NCBI RefSeq assembly: GCF_009914755.1
Contig: NC_060934.1
DNA length: 64,000 nucleotides
Source: the human T2T-CHM13v2.0 reference genome, Homo sapiens
Direction: 5' to 3' (one strand)
In this document: piece by piece, positions 14,396 to 29,540 of the stretch
Numbering within the stretch: the stretch's first letter is position 1
Layout: each line of letters opens with the position of its first letter
Made by a program: the position numbers and the translations under genes
The notes under the pieces: model-generated
Seen by the model: the letters and a program-made list of their open reading frames with translations, nothing else
What the model was told of the DNA's origin: nothing
The model's database searches: none

Positions 14396-14893
14396 TTATG
14401 GTGGGCAGAATAATAGCTCCCAAAGAAGCCCACATTTAATCCCTGGAATTTAATAATATGTTACATTGTATACCAAAAGGACTTTGCAGGTGTGGTTAAA
14501 TTAAGGACCTTGAGATTGGAGATTATGCTGGTTTATCTGGGTAGATTCAATCTAATCATGGGTCCTTGAAACTTAATGACGTTTCCTGGCTGTAGTCAGA
14601 GGCTAAATGCGACGCAGAAGAATGGTCAAAGAGATGAAACATTATTGGTTTTGAAGATGAAGTAAGAGGGACATGAGTCAAGGAATTCCAATGGTCTCTG
14701 AAGCTCAAAAAAACAACATTGACTTCTTGCCTAGAATCTCCACAAAAGAACACAGCCCTGCCATCACTTTGCTTTTAGCCCATTGCAAGCCATGTCAGAC
14801 TCCTACCACACAGAAAGGTAAGATGATAAATTGGCATTCCTTTAAACCACCACTTGTGGTAATTTGTTACAGAAGCAATAGTAAACTAATATA
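14396..14893 (+). mobile_element. MLT1D-like LTR
   Basis: GGCAGAATAAT...AAGGACTTTGCAGGTGTGGTTAAATTAAGGACCTTGAGAT...GTAATTTGTTACAGAAGCAATAGTAAACTAATA. Confidence 0.85.
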
Positions 14894-15185
14894 GTAATCT
14901 TGCAAAAATCTCAAGTTTGATCATGTCATTTCACTGCTTTAAAACCTTCAAATGCTTCTCATTGCACTGACAAAATCTAAAATTCTTAACACGAATCTTG
15001 TACCATCTTTCTGTGTCTCCCTCGTCACCTCATTGCAGACGCTCCTCTCTTCAGCAAGTGTACTCCAGTCATGCAAGACTTCTTTACCTCCCTGAACAAT
15101 GTCAAGCCTTGTTTTGCATTAGGGTTCTTGCAACCTCAGCAACATCTAGCTGACTACTCTACCTAACTTCACACTCTTTCAATGA

Positions 15186-16125
<940 letters not shown>

Positions 16126-16723
16126 GCTAATAACTGTATCTTCTTTAGATATTAGTTTACACATAATATTTTCAGAGAAGGTTCTTACAGTGTTCCTGCC
16201 TTCAGCTTGTTAGGTTTCGGACTGTCAAATCAGTCTCATGCAAATGAGAGATTTTACCCTGTAACGAGTTTTACTAATAATTTCTAGAATGCAAATAATC
16301 ACAACCCACAGACAAATCAGAGAAGTCGGAGATATCTCATGTTCCTCCCAGAGCCTTCCTCCCCTCCTGCATCTGATATACACCCTTGAGCCCAGAATAT
16401 TAGGCATGATCTACATGCGAGACTTCTATTTAAGTTATGAAATATCTCCATTGTATACCCTCAGAGATATGTACATTCTCTGGGAATCTGTCACTCATAG
16501 ACCCCTAGAATTTAGGTTTGTTTGTTGACCATAAGCGATCCTAAACCAGAGACATTCTTCTAAATATATTCCTTAGATTAGGACTCTCCTACTAGCAAAT
16601 ACCATTGGTCTAATTTCATGAAAGTCTAGTTATCATGTGTAAAAGAGATCAGAAAACTAGAAGCATCACCTGTCTTAACTCTTCCCCTCAGAAGTAATGG
16701 GAGGAAAAATAAAACATAAGCTG

Positions 16724-17013
16724 TGTGTCAGTGTCCCAGAGCTGCTGTAACAAATTCCCACAAACTGGGAGGATTAAAACTCCGAGTGTTTCGGAGGCTG
16801 GAAGTTGAGAATCATGGTATCAGCAGGGCCACATTCTCCCTGGGGGCTCTAGGTAGAACAATAATTCAGTAATTTATTGATGATCTCTCTGTCTCAAGGT
16901 TTTCAACTTAATCACATTGAAAAGATCCTTGTTTTCAAATAAGGTAACATTGATAGGCTCTAGGGATTAGGATGTGGATGTATCTTTTGGGGGCCACCAT
17001 TCAACCTACTACA
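16724..17013 (-). mobile_element. MLT1B/C-like LTR, internally deleted
   Basis: GCTGCTGTAACAAATTCCCACAAACTGGG...CAAATAAGGTAACATT...CCATTCAACCTACTACA. Confidence 0.8.
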
Positions 17014-18317
17014 GGCCAACTGCTGGAATGCTTTTCCCCCGTGGGTGTCCCCATTACATGCTCCCCAGCATCCTGCACTTTTCTTGCATAATTACAACTG
17101 TGGTTACTTGTTCAATGTCTGTTTAGGTCCGCTGAAGCACACCCTCCTCACAGGTAGAACTGTGTCTGTCTTACCCACAACTGTGAATAAGCACACAACA
17201 TGATAATTTGCCTATATTAGGCACATAATAAATGGATTTTTTTCCCCAAAGAAACTGGATCATAGTTTTCTCTTTCACTTTGTTGGGTAGAAATAGCCCA
17301 AGTCATTGGTAATGAAAGTTGTTTCTACTAATTGTGAACTTGTCATCTCTCAAGCTGTCTCAGTTTTTAAAAAGCATTCATATTTTGAATTTCAATGAAT
17401 GTATTTCTTTTCTAATGCATTGCTTTACCTTAGAAATTTCAGGCCAATCTCACTGTATAAGAGGCATATCTATGGTGCAACTCCTTTGTTAAAGTCCATG
17501 GTATGTAAATGTGGCACAAGAAACCAAATCCACATTAACAGCTGAGTTTTGTGAGGCTGACAAGACTCCTTTTTACAATAAGAATATTTAATACTTTCAA
17601 ATCTGAACTCTGTCTTCCTACATGCTGTGTCTTATGCAATGCAGAATACAGAAGTGGTGCTCAGCAAGTTACAAACAACCACAATAATGATTGTAATGCA
17701 TACCGTAATATTGTTACTAGAAATATAATTATGTGAACAGACAATTTACAGAAGAGAAGGGACCTCAGAGCCCTTGTGTTGTCAATCTGGCCTCTCTCTT
17801 AATCAGGGATAATAATAATAAAAATATCCCCCCCCATCTGCAGTCAGCTTGCCAACATAGCAATATTTATAGAACGCTGTATATAACAATGGCATCTTCA
17901 TGCAGATGGATTAAGATCGAGGAGCAGCTGCAGATGGCTGTTCATTAACTGAAAGAAGAAAATGAATCTGAACAAAGGCACTTATGGAACCCCTAATTTA
18001 TTAGTGCTGTAATAGGGAAGAGGAGCTCTCTGGAATGGTAACTGAGTGAGACTGGTAACAAAGATAATTGTGAAAACAAGACACAGATTCAGTACAACAT
18101 ACAGGGATATTTTATTGCCTGTAAGGTCTGTAGAATTACAAGGTCAACAGATATCAGACTCAACATCTAATCCTTCATATTTATTAATTACATTCAACAA
18201 AGCACTTGCCATCAATCTACAGACTGAAGCTAGATTAATATTCTGTCACAAAAACCTGCTTAATTCATCCAGAGAAAGGTACAGATTTCTTTTACTTCTC
18301 TGCTGTAGTTAATACGG

Positions 18318-18339
18318 CGCACGAGCATGCACGCGCGCA

Positions 18340-18371
<32 letters not shown>
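18318..18371. repeat. (CG/CA)n alternating purine-pyrimidine tract
   Basis: GCGCACGAGCATGCACGCGCGCACGTACACAC... Confidence 0.95.
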
Positions 18372-18372
<1 letters not shown>

Positions 18373-18735
18373 CCTTTACACAAAATTCTTCTTGACTGTG
18401 GGTCTCAGGATAACTTCTTACTCATTCCAAGATAACAAAATGTCTGACATGAAGAAGATGCTTCATGGCTGTTTTGTTTTCCTTCCATGTCACAGCTGCC
18501 ACATGACCAAGAGAAGGGCTGACTACCTCACGTAGTCAGTTTGGTTTCTACTCTTCAAAAGAGTCCATAAGTATCTAAAAATCTGCTATTAGAAGGGATC
18601 TATGTCAATGATTTTAAAAGTAGGTCTTCCACAAAAACAAAACAAAACAAAAATGTTCATTAACAGGCAAACAGTTAAACACATTGTGATGTTTCCACAC
18701 AATGGAATATTACTCAGCAATGAAAAGAAACAGAC

Positions 18736-19049
18736 AGCCAGGCAGGGTGGCTCACACCTGTAATCCCAACACTTTGAGAGGCCAAGGTGAGCAGATCGCT
18801 TGAGTCCAGGAGTTCATGACCAGCCTGGGCAACATGGTGAGACCCTATCTCTACAAAAAATACACACACACACTCACACACACACAAATTAGCCAGGCAT
18901 GGTGGCACATGCATGTAATCCCAACTACTTGGGAGACTGAGGTGGGAGGACTGCTTGAGCCCAGGAAGTCAAGGCTGCAGTGAGCTGTGAGCATACCACT
19001 GCACACCAGCCTGGGGGACAGAGCAAGACCCTGTCTCAATAAATAAATA
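18736..19049 (+). mobile_element. AluJ with (CA)n in the middle linker
   Basis: Dimeric Alu with GTCAAGGCTGCAGTGAGCTGTGA. Confidence 0.95.
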
Positions 19050-19103
19050 GGAACTGACAACTGCTATAACATGCAGCAACATGGATGAATCTCAAAATTA
19101 TCA

Positions 19104-19414
<311 letters not shown>

Positions 19415-19939
19415 GTATTATGCTGAGCAAACAAACGCAAACCCAAACAGTACATACTGTATGATTCCACATAGAAAATTCTAGGGAAAAAAAAAACTCA
19501 ACTATAGTAATTGAGAGCAGATCAGTGGTTGCTTAAAGAGGGGTGGGAAAATTTTCTGGGAAGGGTTTGATGAAATGGTTCTTGACCTTCATTATGGTGC
19601 TGGCTCCATTTGTCAAACTCATTGAACTGTTCATTTAAGATGAGTTTATTTACTGTATGTAAGTTATAACTCAAAAATGGGCTTTTAAAACTTTTTTATT
19701 CAAATATGTGTAAGAAATATTACATCTTATAGTCTCATCTCGGGAATTCATAATTAATCAATTAAAGACTCTTAATCCATTAAAAGCAATTGAATCATTC
19801 TTTTAGTGACTTTTCAGAGAAATCCTATGGTGTAGAACATAGAATAACTGTTGATTTCCACATTTTCTGAATCTATGTTACTTTTAATCTGTCTTATTTT
19901 AAAAATGAAATCCTATTAACATACTTGAATTATTAATTT

Positions 19940-20115
19940 ACAAGTTATGTGACCATAGGCAAGTCACTTAAAGTATTTGTATGCCAGTTTCCTTATGTAA
20001 AAAAACGAAATATTAGTCCCTATCACATAGATGTAGTGAGGACAAAATGAGCTAATGTTTGCAATGCGTTTAGAACAGTGATAGGGACAAAGTAAGTGCT
20101 CTGCCAGTGTTAGCT
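19940..20115 (+). mobile_element. MIR
   Basis: TGTGACCATAGGCAAGTCACTTAA...CAGTTTCCTT...TTTAGAACAGTG...GTAAGTGCTC. Confidence 0.75.
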
Positions 20116-20424
20116 TCTCTTGGAACACATTTGGAAGATGGAAAACCTCCAGTCAGTCATCCACTCAAGCACAGAGTCAGGATACATGTTATTGTCTTAT
20201 GCATCCCTGAAAAAGAGGGGAAAGGTGAGCTATGCTTCTTAATTAAGAACATGCAGATGCAGATGATCTGTACATGAAGTAATGCATAAGGATGCTCCAG
20301 GGAGGGAACTGAACTTGAGTTGATGCTCTAGCTCTGAGGCATCTTTACTGGCTGTGTGACTTGGAAAGTTATGCTATGTCCTTAACCTCGGCTCCCCCTC
20401 GTTTAAAAATAAGGTGGCCATTGC

Positions 20425-20630
20425 AACAGTAAGTAGATTTGTGATTAGAGCTGGAAATGACTGGAAAATAAACTGTATTTTAGTGGGCAGGTTGTTGACA
20501 AAAATATTCTGGGATTAGATAGTGTTGATGGTGGCATAATATTGTGGCTATACGAAAGCTACTGAATCGTACACTTCAGATGGTTAAAATGGTAAATTTT
20601 ATGTTATGTGAATTTTATCTCAATAAAAAC
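20425..20630 (+). mobile_element. L1MB 3'-end fragment inserted in a MIR
   Basis: ATGGTTAAAATGGTAAATTTTATGTTATGTGAATTTTATCTCAATAAAAA; MIR-like sequence at 20315-20418 resumes after 20630. Confidence 0.8.
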
Positions 20631-21994
20631 ACAGGGTGGTTGAACTATATAATATTAAATATCCCTTATAGTATACTCATTCATTAAATAAATCTCTACT
20701 GAGCTTCTGATGCATAACAGGCAATGTACTCTACCATCATGACACAATAATGAACAAAAAAGACCTGGTCTCTAACCTCATAAAATTTATATATTAGTAG
20801 CTTCCCTTTTAATTGGTGACCTTAATTTAAAGTACTACACTTTGTTCCCTTTAAGTCAGTGGATAATTCAAGAGTTTTGTGCTACAGCATGAGTTATTAG
20901 TTGATATTATAGATGGAAAGAATAAAGAGAAAGGGCTAACATTTAATAACCTCAAGGAGCAGTCACTGTGCACTTGCCTGTGCCTATGTCATTTAATCCT
21001 CACCATGTTTGCATAAAGTCAGTGTTATCTTGCACTCTGTGCTGATAAACTAAGCCTTAGGGAAGTTCAGTAAATCTTTCTTACATTATAGATTTTCTAA
21101 ATAGTGTAGCAAGGGGTTGAAATACATAAACCCATAGAAGTCATATAATTTTCTCCTGTAATATTATTTTTATAAGTCTAACATGATTTATATAAAATAG
21201 GGAGTGCACATGACATTAAGATTTACAATATTTCTGTGAAGTTTGGCCTCACTGTAACAGATGCCAGCAAACAGTGCTAACAAGGTGAAGAAAACTAATT
21301 AGAGGCCAAAGAGCCAGTAATGCCTACAGTAATGTATTTTGCGGTATTTATATACTCAAGATACTTGTTAATATTCAAAACCATTGTATAGAATATCTGT
21401 TTGTTTTCATCTGAGGAAGGATATTGTTATAAAATGTGCTGAGCAACTTCTAAAAGACTCTATCATAACAAAATCTTGTGGTCATCATAGTTTTTAAACA
21501 CTGGATATTGGGCACTCTCTAAAATAAAAAAAGATACTTATAGAACATGTTCCCACAGTCATTTACAGTTTGTATGCACACATCAGGTAACTACTGAAAT
21601 GTAACTGGCAAGGAAATTGAAGACAGATTGGATAATAAAAGATACTGAGGAAAGACAAACAGAACATTTACTTTGGTCTGTAACTTGCTGACACAAAACT
21701 ATTGCCACATTTAAGTTATATTATCAACTGGGGTGTTTGGTGGGTTAAAATTTTTGCTTTAATCAGCAGTTCAGTTGATATAAAGGTTGAATTAACCCTT
21801 CTCAATTCAATCATTTGCTTATTAGTTTGAAAGGAAATTTTCTAAACAAAGCACCGTCTCTTGCTCTTTTTCCAATTCTTATATATTACTTCTTTTTCTT
21901 CCTTAATTTCTTGTCTACAACTGCCATTATAATGTAAAAGAAAAATGGTGACAGAAGCATATTTTCTGACTTTAAGTGACATGCTTCTTATGTT

Positions 21995-22267
<273 letters not shown>

Positions 22268-22509
22268 TGCTTCTTATGTTTTAATGTTTCTTTTCATTTT
22301 TGGGGGAGATATCCATTATAAACTGTCCTTCTAATCTCAGTTTGCTAAGAAATTTTCATGAATGAATGTTCATATTTATCTAATATATTTTTCTGCATCT
22401 ATTGATATGAAGATACTGGGTTTACTCTTTTATTCTGTTAATATTTTGTATTTCATCAACATACATTCTGAGCCTGAACCACCCTCACATTCCTGGTATC
22501 ATACTGGTA

Positions 22510-22955
22510 TCATGCTGAGCCTTATTTATCTCTTCAGTCTCACCTCTTGCCAGTTCCCCTAACAATTATGATCAGCAGTCTGGTCCTACTTGAATTTCTT
22601 TCAGTTCTTTGAGTATATTTACTGTCACACCATACCGGATGTTTCTCCTCTCTGGAATAGTCTTCTGGGCTTTTCTCTCCCCCAAAACACTGATGTTGTC
22701 AAAGTATTATCTACTATCCTCAACAACAATTTTTGGAGGAAGGTTTATTTTAATACCTTCCATTCTCCCACCCCCTATAGCACCCACTATCCTTTCGGAG
22801 CACTTACTTTAAATTGCAATTACCTGTTTAGTTTTCTTCCTTTTGAAATATGTTGTATAATCCATAGGAGAAGATATTAGGTATTTTTCACTAAAATTAA
22901 CCCTAAACCCCACAAAGGATCTGGAGCAGAGTGAGAAATCAATAAATGTGAAACA
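22510..22955 (+). mobile_element. L2 3' fragment
   Basis: Pyrimidine-rich L2-like sequence ending in AATCAATAAATGTG. Confidence 0.55.
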
Positions 22956-22957
22956 AC

Positions 22958-23120
22958 AAAGGAAGAAAGGAAGGAAGGAAGAAGGGAAGAAAGAAAGGAA
23001 AGAAGGAAGGAAGGAAAGAAGGAAGGGAGGGAGGGAGGGAGGAAGGAAGGAAGGAAAGAGGGAAAGAAGGAAGGAAAGATGAGAGGGAGGAAGGATGGGA
23101 GGGAGGAAAGGAAGGGATGG
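22958..23120. repeat. (GGAA/GGGA)n polypurine tract
   Basis: About 160 bp that is almost entirely purine; read directly. Confidence 0.97.
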
Positions 23121-26100
23121 GTCAGGGTTGGGGAGACAAAAAGACTACCTTCAATCCAACTTAAATTTCTGAGATGTTTCTGAATATGGCATAGTTTGAA
23201 TTTTTGTTAATTAGCCTCAGAATTTCCTGGTTTGACTCCAATCATGATATACATATAGAAAAGCATGAAAAGGATTTGTATATCTTGAGCCTATGGACCA
23301 AGATGAGGAAGCAACACTGACAGAGAAGGGAAAGAAGGTATTTCCACAAAACATTTTCTTCCTACTAATGAAGACAAAACTGTATTTATTTGTCTTGTTC
23401 TTTTTATTGTCACACCATGTGAAGGACTGAAAGATATTAATCTTGTTTGCATCCTAAAAACTACCATTTTTCCAATAAGCCTAGCTGTTGTGATATACAG
23501 ATGCTACGACTTGGGTATTCTGATGCTAGAATGCCGGCAGCACTGGGGTTGTCACAGAAGGATCCTAAGCAACAGGACAAGAGTGTAGGTGCAGGGAGAG
23601 AAAGAAAGGGCACAATGACTTCTAAGACCATCTTTGTGAGAATGAAAGTCAAGGGAGCTGAAAGTAAACAAAATATGAGCCTGCTTCTTGAGCTTTTTAA
23701 AATTAATAGTTATATTTCAGGGCCAATATCATGTTCTCATTTAGATTCCCTTTCCTTTCCACTGTGTTCTCACTGCTCACCCCCTGGTTTATCCTCCCAT
23801 TAGTTCATGCCTGATTCTTCCCTTCTAGCTCTTCCTGTCCCCAACTACTTTCTTCCTAGTAACATCTCCAGTTCCATCCCTCTTCCTTCCTCCCCACTTT
23901 TATCCAGGTCCATGGGTTTGTCTCCGCTATAAGTCCCAGCAGCCTTGGGGGTTTGTCCAGGACATAACAGGAAGCATATCAAACACTGGTTTGAGCAGAT
24001 GCGGTGCTTCATCCTCAACCTTCTTTCTTGCCAAGAAGAGATGGGAATGGGAGTTGTCACATTCTTTCATTCCGGTCTTCTTTCTCATTACATTTGAGTC
24101 CAGTTCTTCACCCAAGTTTCTAAATGCCATGTTAATCTCCCTGGCATTTCTTGTCCATCTCTGTGCCTCCCACTCTTGTCATCTACATAGTACCAATATG
24201 CTAGCCAGACGTCTTATTTCCCTGCCAATTCATCACTTCGAACACAGTACTCAGATGTCCCTGGTTCTTTAACTCCTCCCTACACCAGAAATTGTTTTGA
24301 CCTCATTGCTTTTGTAAACACCCAAATATCTTTCAGGAGTCAGGAATGTCATAAGCAATTGAGTAAATAAACAAAAACAAATTTAAAAATAGACTCTTTT
24401 CCTGTTGTGTGCATGTCAATGGACAGTTAACCTACTTGCTGTACTCTCTTGACTGACTCTACTTCAAGTCTTGATACGCACTTGATGTTGTCCTTTCTCT
24501 GTTTGCCTCCCAGGACCTGTAGCATCCTTACCTTGTTGCTGCCAAAAAGATATGCTTTCATACTTTGTGTCCTCTCCACTCATGAACCCACAACATTCAA
24601 GTGCTTAACACAATGACTCTCAAATTATACATGTCACTCACTATCGCCCAGGTGTCCCCTATAAATTACATATAATGGGAATCTTCTTCTGTTACACAGA
24701 AAAATTAAATGAATGGATTGAATTTTCTCATTTTAATGTTCTTCAATAGGTCTCTTAGTCATAGCACACAGGTAAAGCCAAAACACTCAATGGGTGAAAG
24801 AGTAAGCATTTTTTACTTAACCAATGTTTGTGGTTCGGGATTGATATGAAATCAAAAGCAGGTTCCCAAAAAGCAAAAAGATTTTAAGATTTTTACGGTC
24901 ACACTATGGTCTCTTGAACATTTTGGAATATGATATAATAAAATAAAATATTAAAAGCAAGCTACTATATCTACTATATACAATATATTATATATAATTA
25001 ATATACATTTATTACAAATAAATATATTTTTTTGTATATATTTGGTCATCAAATATATACAAAATATAAATAAATAGTCATCTCCCCCAAAACACATACA
25101 CACATAGAAGTATTACTCATGGAGTGATTCCTTCTGTTAGTGAATATTTATAATTATAATATGTTTTATTTTATAAATGAGAGCAATAATATTCTGTACA
25201 TCACCCTAATCCCTTTTCTTTTAGCTCATTTTGCTTTCTAGTTTGAAATATAAAATCTATATGTCTTTGATTAAAATAAAAAGTCTCTTTCTGTTAATAA
25301 TCAGGATTATTAACAGAAAGACAAGGCTAAGACAAGAGTTCCTTTGGAAATACGCCTAGAAAACCCCATGAGTATCTGGTAACACTTAAACCTCCACTAA
25401 ATATCCTATTATATATTTATCAAATAACGTATCTTTTTACATCAGGCTTTACAATAACTCACTCTGCAGCATTAGGCAGACATATGGATTGTTTAATGAC
25501 ATTGGCATGTCTTGTGTCTCCAGAGGAGTTTGCTGCCATGGCATCCACACACTATAAAGAAATTATAGATGCATTTTTTGAACATGGAATACATTTTGGA
25601 ATGACAGCCTGGCTCAGTTCCATGATCTAAAAATGAATGATAAAGCTTTTTCAAAGGATCTTGGTTAAGAAAAAAATTCTAAAATACTGATTTACAGAGA
25701 TCCTTGAACTTGTTTTGGTTACTGTAAATGTAGTATCCCTGGTAACTTATTCTGATAATCTAGGTGATATTCACTATTCTATTTGCTGCTTTTCCAAACC
25801 AATAATGTGGAGAGATGTTTATAATAACTGTTTTCCTTAATCCCCTACTGCACTGATAAAGGTGATTTTCTGAAATCAGGAGGAAAAAGGCATTCCAACT
25901 AATCACTGATGATAACAATTGCTGGACAGACTTCAGACATCTAAAAATAGGAGGGCATTGGTTCCTACCTGCACAAAAAGAATCTGATGTCAGCAGTGTC
26001 AGAAATGCAACCTAACCAGAGCAAAAACACCCCATGGGGTTATATAACTCACTGGAGTCATTTTCAGATTCTGCATGTAAATTGTATAAAACTCCCAACA

Positions 26101-27732
26101 ATAAATCCTCAGGATACGGTGATGATTGGCAGGCTGCAAAGCTTTTTCTTTAGACTCAAACAGTTCTTTGATACAAACAATATTTTTCATTTCAAAGGTA
26201 ATTGTTGGTAGCCAATAGGCACTGATAGTCCCATGTGGGTAGCACAATAAGTACATTGCCTTTCAAAAAACAGTATTGCTTTTCATGTGATAGAGACCAT
26301 TTGTGCAATTGAAAACCCATTCAGAAAGAACACTGATAGACAGACCCTTTAAAATTCCAAGATGTAAATGTATTGAAGTGCACTATCAGACAGGCTCTCA
26401 CACAAAGGCTCCTTGGAAAATAATTTAATATATATATTCAGCTATTATTATATTTACTTTTTTGGCAATAATTTCTTTTCCTTTATTTTCCAATACACTT
26501 AGTGGAAAACCTCAGCTGTGTCTCAGCTGAAACAAAGGCAAGCCACAGCCCCTAATTTCTGATTTTATCATTGTCTCAAATGTTTCTTACAGTTCCATTT
26601 TTGTTTCTTACCAGCAATTTGTAACTAACCTAAAGGAACCAAGATGAAAAATAATTTTATAACCTATCTTGGCCCAAAAATATCCAGGAAATTAGATTTT
26701 TCAAGCAATTCTTGCAAATCATCTCCTTATCTTTCAGGGTGAATTTTGCATTAAATAACAAGTGGATTTTTTTGTTTTTATTTAATTTCTACTAATACTT
26801 TTCTGGGAGACAGTAGATCAGTAAGAGAGATCTTCAGTCTGTGAAATATTTTAATATTTGTGCTTAGTGACAGAGCCAAAGAAAACATACAATAATAGAG
26901 TATAACAAAATTAACTATTAAAAAACATAAAGCCAAGAATAAAGGATTTTGCATCATTATTCATCAAGAGATTAACTATAATCCTATTAACAAATCAAAG
27001 TACATTTCTAAAAGAATTCCCCACTCAAACCTCTGAGTGATCAGTTTTCTAAAAGAAAATCAATTTTTACATCGCATCCAGAATGATCTTTAATGAATCT
27101 CTACAAAACTATTGACAGCTATGCAATTAATTAAAATAATAAAATTTCAATGACAATCCTGAGCCATTATTTAATCAATCCTTATAAAATGAAAAATGAA
27201 AAGCTTATTTAACTAGGCCTGAGTACCTGGGAAGAACTAGGTCACAATGAAAAAAACAGTGAAGAAATCCATTTCTTTTTCTGCATTGAGTCACTGTATG
27301 ACCTTCAACTAGTTGCTTAATCTTGGGGTTTGTGACTTTTTTTCTGTAAATGTGAGTCCTAAATCAACAGAAATGACAGACAGATAAAGATATCATTTTC
27401 CTAAAAGCACCTACAACTATTGAGAAATTCATGCACTAAAATTAAAAATCTGTATTTCAAATTAATGCTTTTATTCACCTATGTGCTAGGAAGGCTTCAG
27501 GCTCTCTAACAAATGTATAAATTTCAAATGTAATTTTTTTATGGGTGTCTTAAGGCTCTTTCAGTTTTCCCGCCCCAAGATGTTTTTTAGCTAATCTAGG
27601 ATATTTTCGGTATCAAAATTATCATCATCATCCAATAGTCATCTAGGAACTTTGGCTAAATTCCAGAATGCTTGTTAATGACAACACTATAATATTGCCT
27701 TATATATGCATATCACTTTGCAATGTACAATC

Positions 27733-28102
27733 TGATATGGTTTGTCTGTGTCCTCACCCAAATCTCATCTTGAATTGTAGTTCCCATAATCCCACATGTT
27801 GTGGAAGGGACCCGGTGGGAGGTAATTGAATTATAGGGACAGTTTCTCCCATGGTATTCTTGTGATAGTAAGTTCTCATGAGATGTGATGGTTTTATAAG
27901 GGGCTTCCCCCTTCGCTTGGCTCTCATTCTCTCTCCTGCCACCTTGAAAGACATGTTTGCTTCTCCTTCCACCACGATTGTAAGTTTCCTGTGGCTTCTC
28001 CAGCCATGTGAAACTGCGAGTCAATTAAACCTCTTTTTTTTTTTAATACATTACCCATCCTTGGGTATGTCTTTATTAGCAGTGTAAGAATGGACTAACA
28101 CA
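27733..28102 (+). mobile_element. THE1 (B/C/D) solo LTR
   Basis: TGATATGGTTTG...CACCCAAATCTCATCTTGAATTGTAG...GGACTAACACA; TSD CAATC/CAATA. Confidence 0.93.
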
Positions 28103-29540
28103 CAATATAATTTACATAATCCTGTCTTGGCTAGTGAAATATTCTGTTTTAAGGGTGGCGGTACACATGCTATGACCTCAGTCCTTCTTAGCTTCTTGTT
28201 CAAGGTCTGAAGCTACAAGCCCATCCTGCAATCACTCTGTAACCCAGCCTGTGGAGTTTGCCATCCAGAGACAGGAAAATGTCTGGGATTTTGACACTTG
28301 AGCCAAATCATATGATTCATCAGTGTAATCATCTTCATTAGGTAGAATCACATACATCTGACTACAGCAGAGTGTGAACTCCAATGTCCATAGGGATCAA
28401 ACTACCTAAAATGGGTGAAGTGAAACTGGCATTGGAGAGACAATAAGGAGGGTTGGGGATTGTGTCAAATCCTGATTGTTCTGATTGTTACCATGTGGGA
28501 ACTCAAGCCTCATAGTAATCTCTGCAAAATTCTCAAGAAAAACGTGAAATCTGTATACATACATGTAAAATATCCAAATTTTTAAAGAGAGAAATCCTTT
28601 AAAATATTTTGAAAACTCTATGAGAGACCTCTGTGTTATGATGTAATAATTGTGCAACTGGAAGTCTCACATTATCAAAAAGTTCATGATAAAACAGTTA
28701 TTTAAATGGGTATCGGTTAAATGCTCGATAATTTCAGTCTTTCTATAACACAAGTCTTTACCCTGTAGGAATTTCTCTATAATGGTTGCTTTTATAATTA
28801 TAAGTGTAGTGTTGTGATACCTAAACATCAGAGAGCATTGACTTCATATAGACTTCTGCTTGAGAGCAACATCTTCTATCACCATAAGCACTATCACTGA
28901 AACAGTACTTCTTAACATTTCTGTCACTTTCCTCAATGCTGTTAAGATAAACAATGCAAAAAGTCACTCAAACAAAAGAGATGGGTTATTAACACAACCA
29001 CACTGTACACTGGTTGCTCGTGATTTTTATCTCATTAAAACCTGAAACACATATACTCTACTAAAATATGCACAAAAGTGGTCTTTTTATTTTCTAAACT
29101 GTTTTCATTTTACTCTGAGACATCCATTCCAGTTGCAGAAAAAAAATACTTCAAAACTTGCCAATTACAGTGTCTGAAGCCCTTTAAGTTGAAAAATGCT
29201 ATCTTTTGATTTGAACAGTTTTGTTTTAGAAATTATGAAGAGAATTGCAAGTTCAATCCCTACCACATCTGCTTCTTTCCTCCTACTCACAAGGCAGTTT
29301 CTGGTTTCAAGGGATATTTTTTATCCCGATGGTGGGTGGTTGGGACTAAGGGTCTTCACACTCATTTCTGGGCCTCCATTGACCCACACGGGTGTCCAGC
29401 TTTGGTGCCCAATGATGAAGTACTCACTTAGTGAAATTCATATTCTGTTTCTTAGGCATATATAAAGCTTGTTGAGTAGTTAGCCGTCACTAACTAACTG
29501 GGTAGTTAGCCAACACTCCGTGCTGACAAAGCCCTACTTC

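Noticed and set aside
17434-17506. Exon-like segment encoding NFRPISLYKRH..., resembling the LINE RT 'RPISL' motif
   Set aside because: Similarity is only ~20 nt and does not extend; splice signals are modest; probably chance.
23845-24272. Overlapping 67-93 aa ORFs in non-repeat DNA
   Set aside because: No recognisable homology or convincing splice structure; lengths are within chance expectation.
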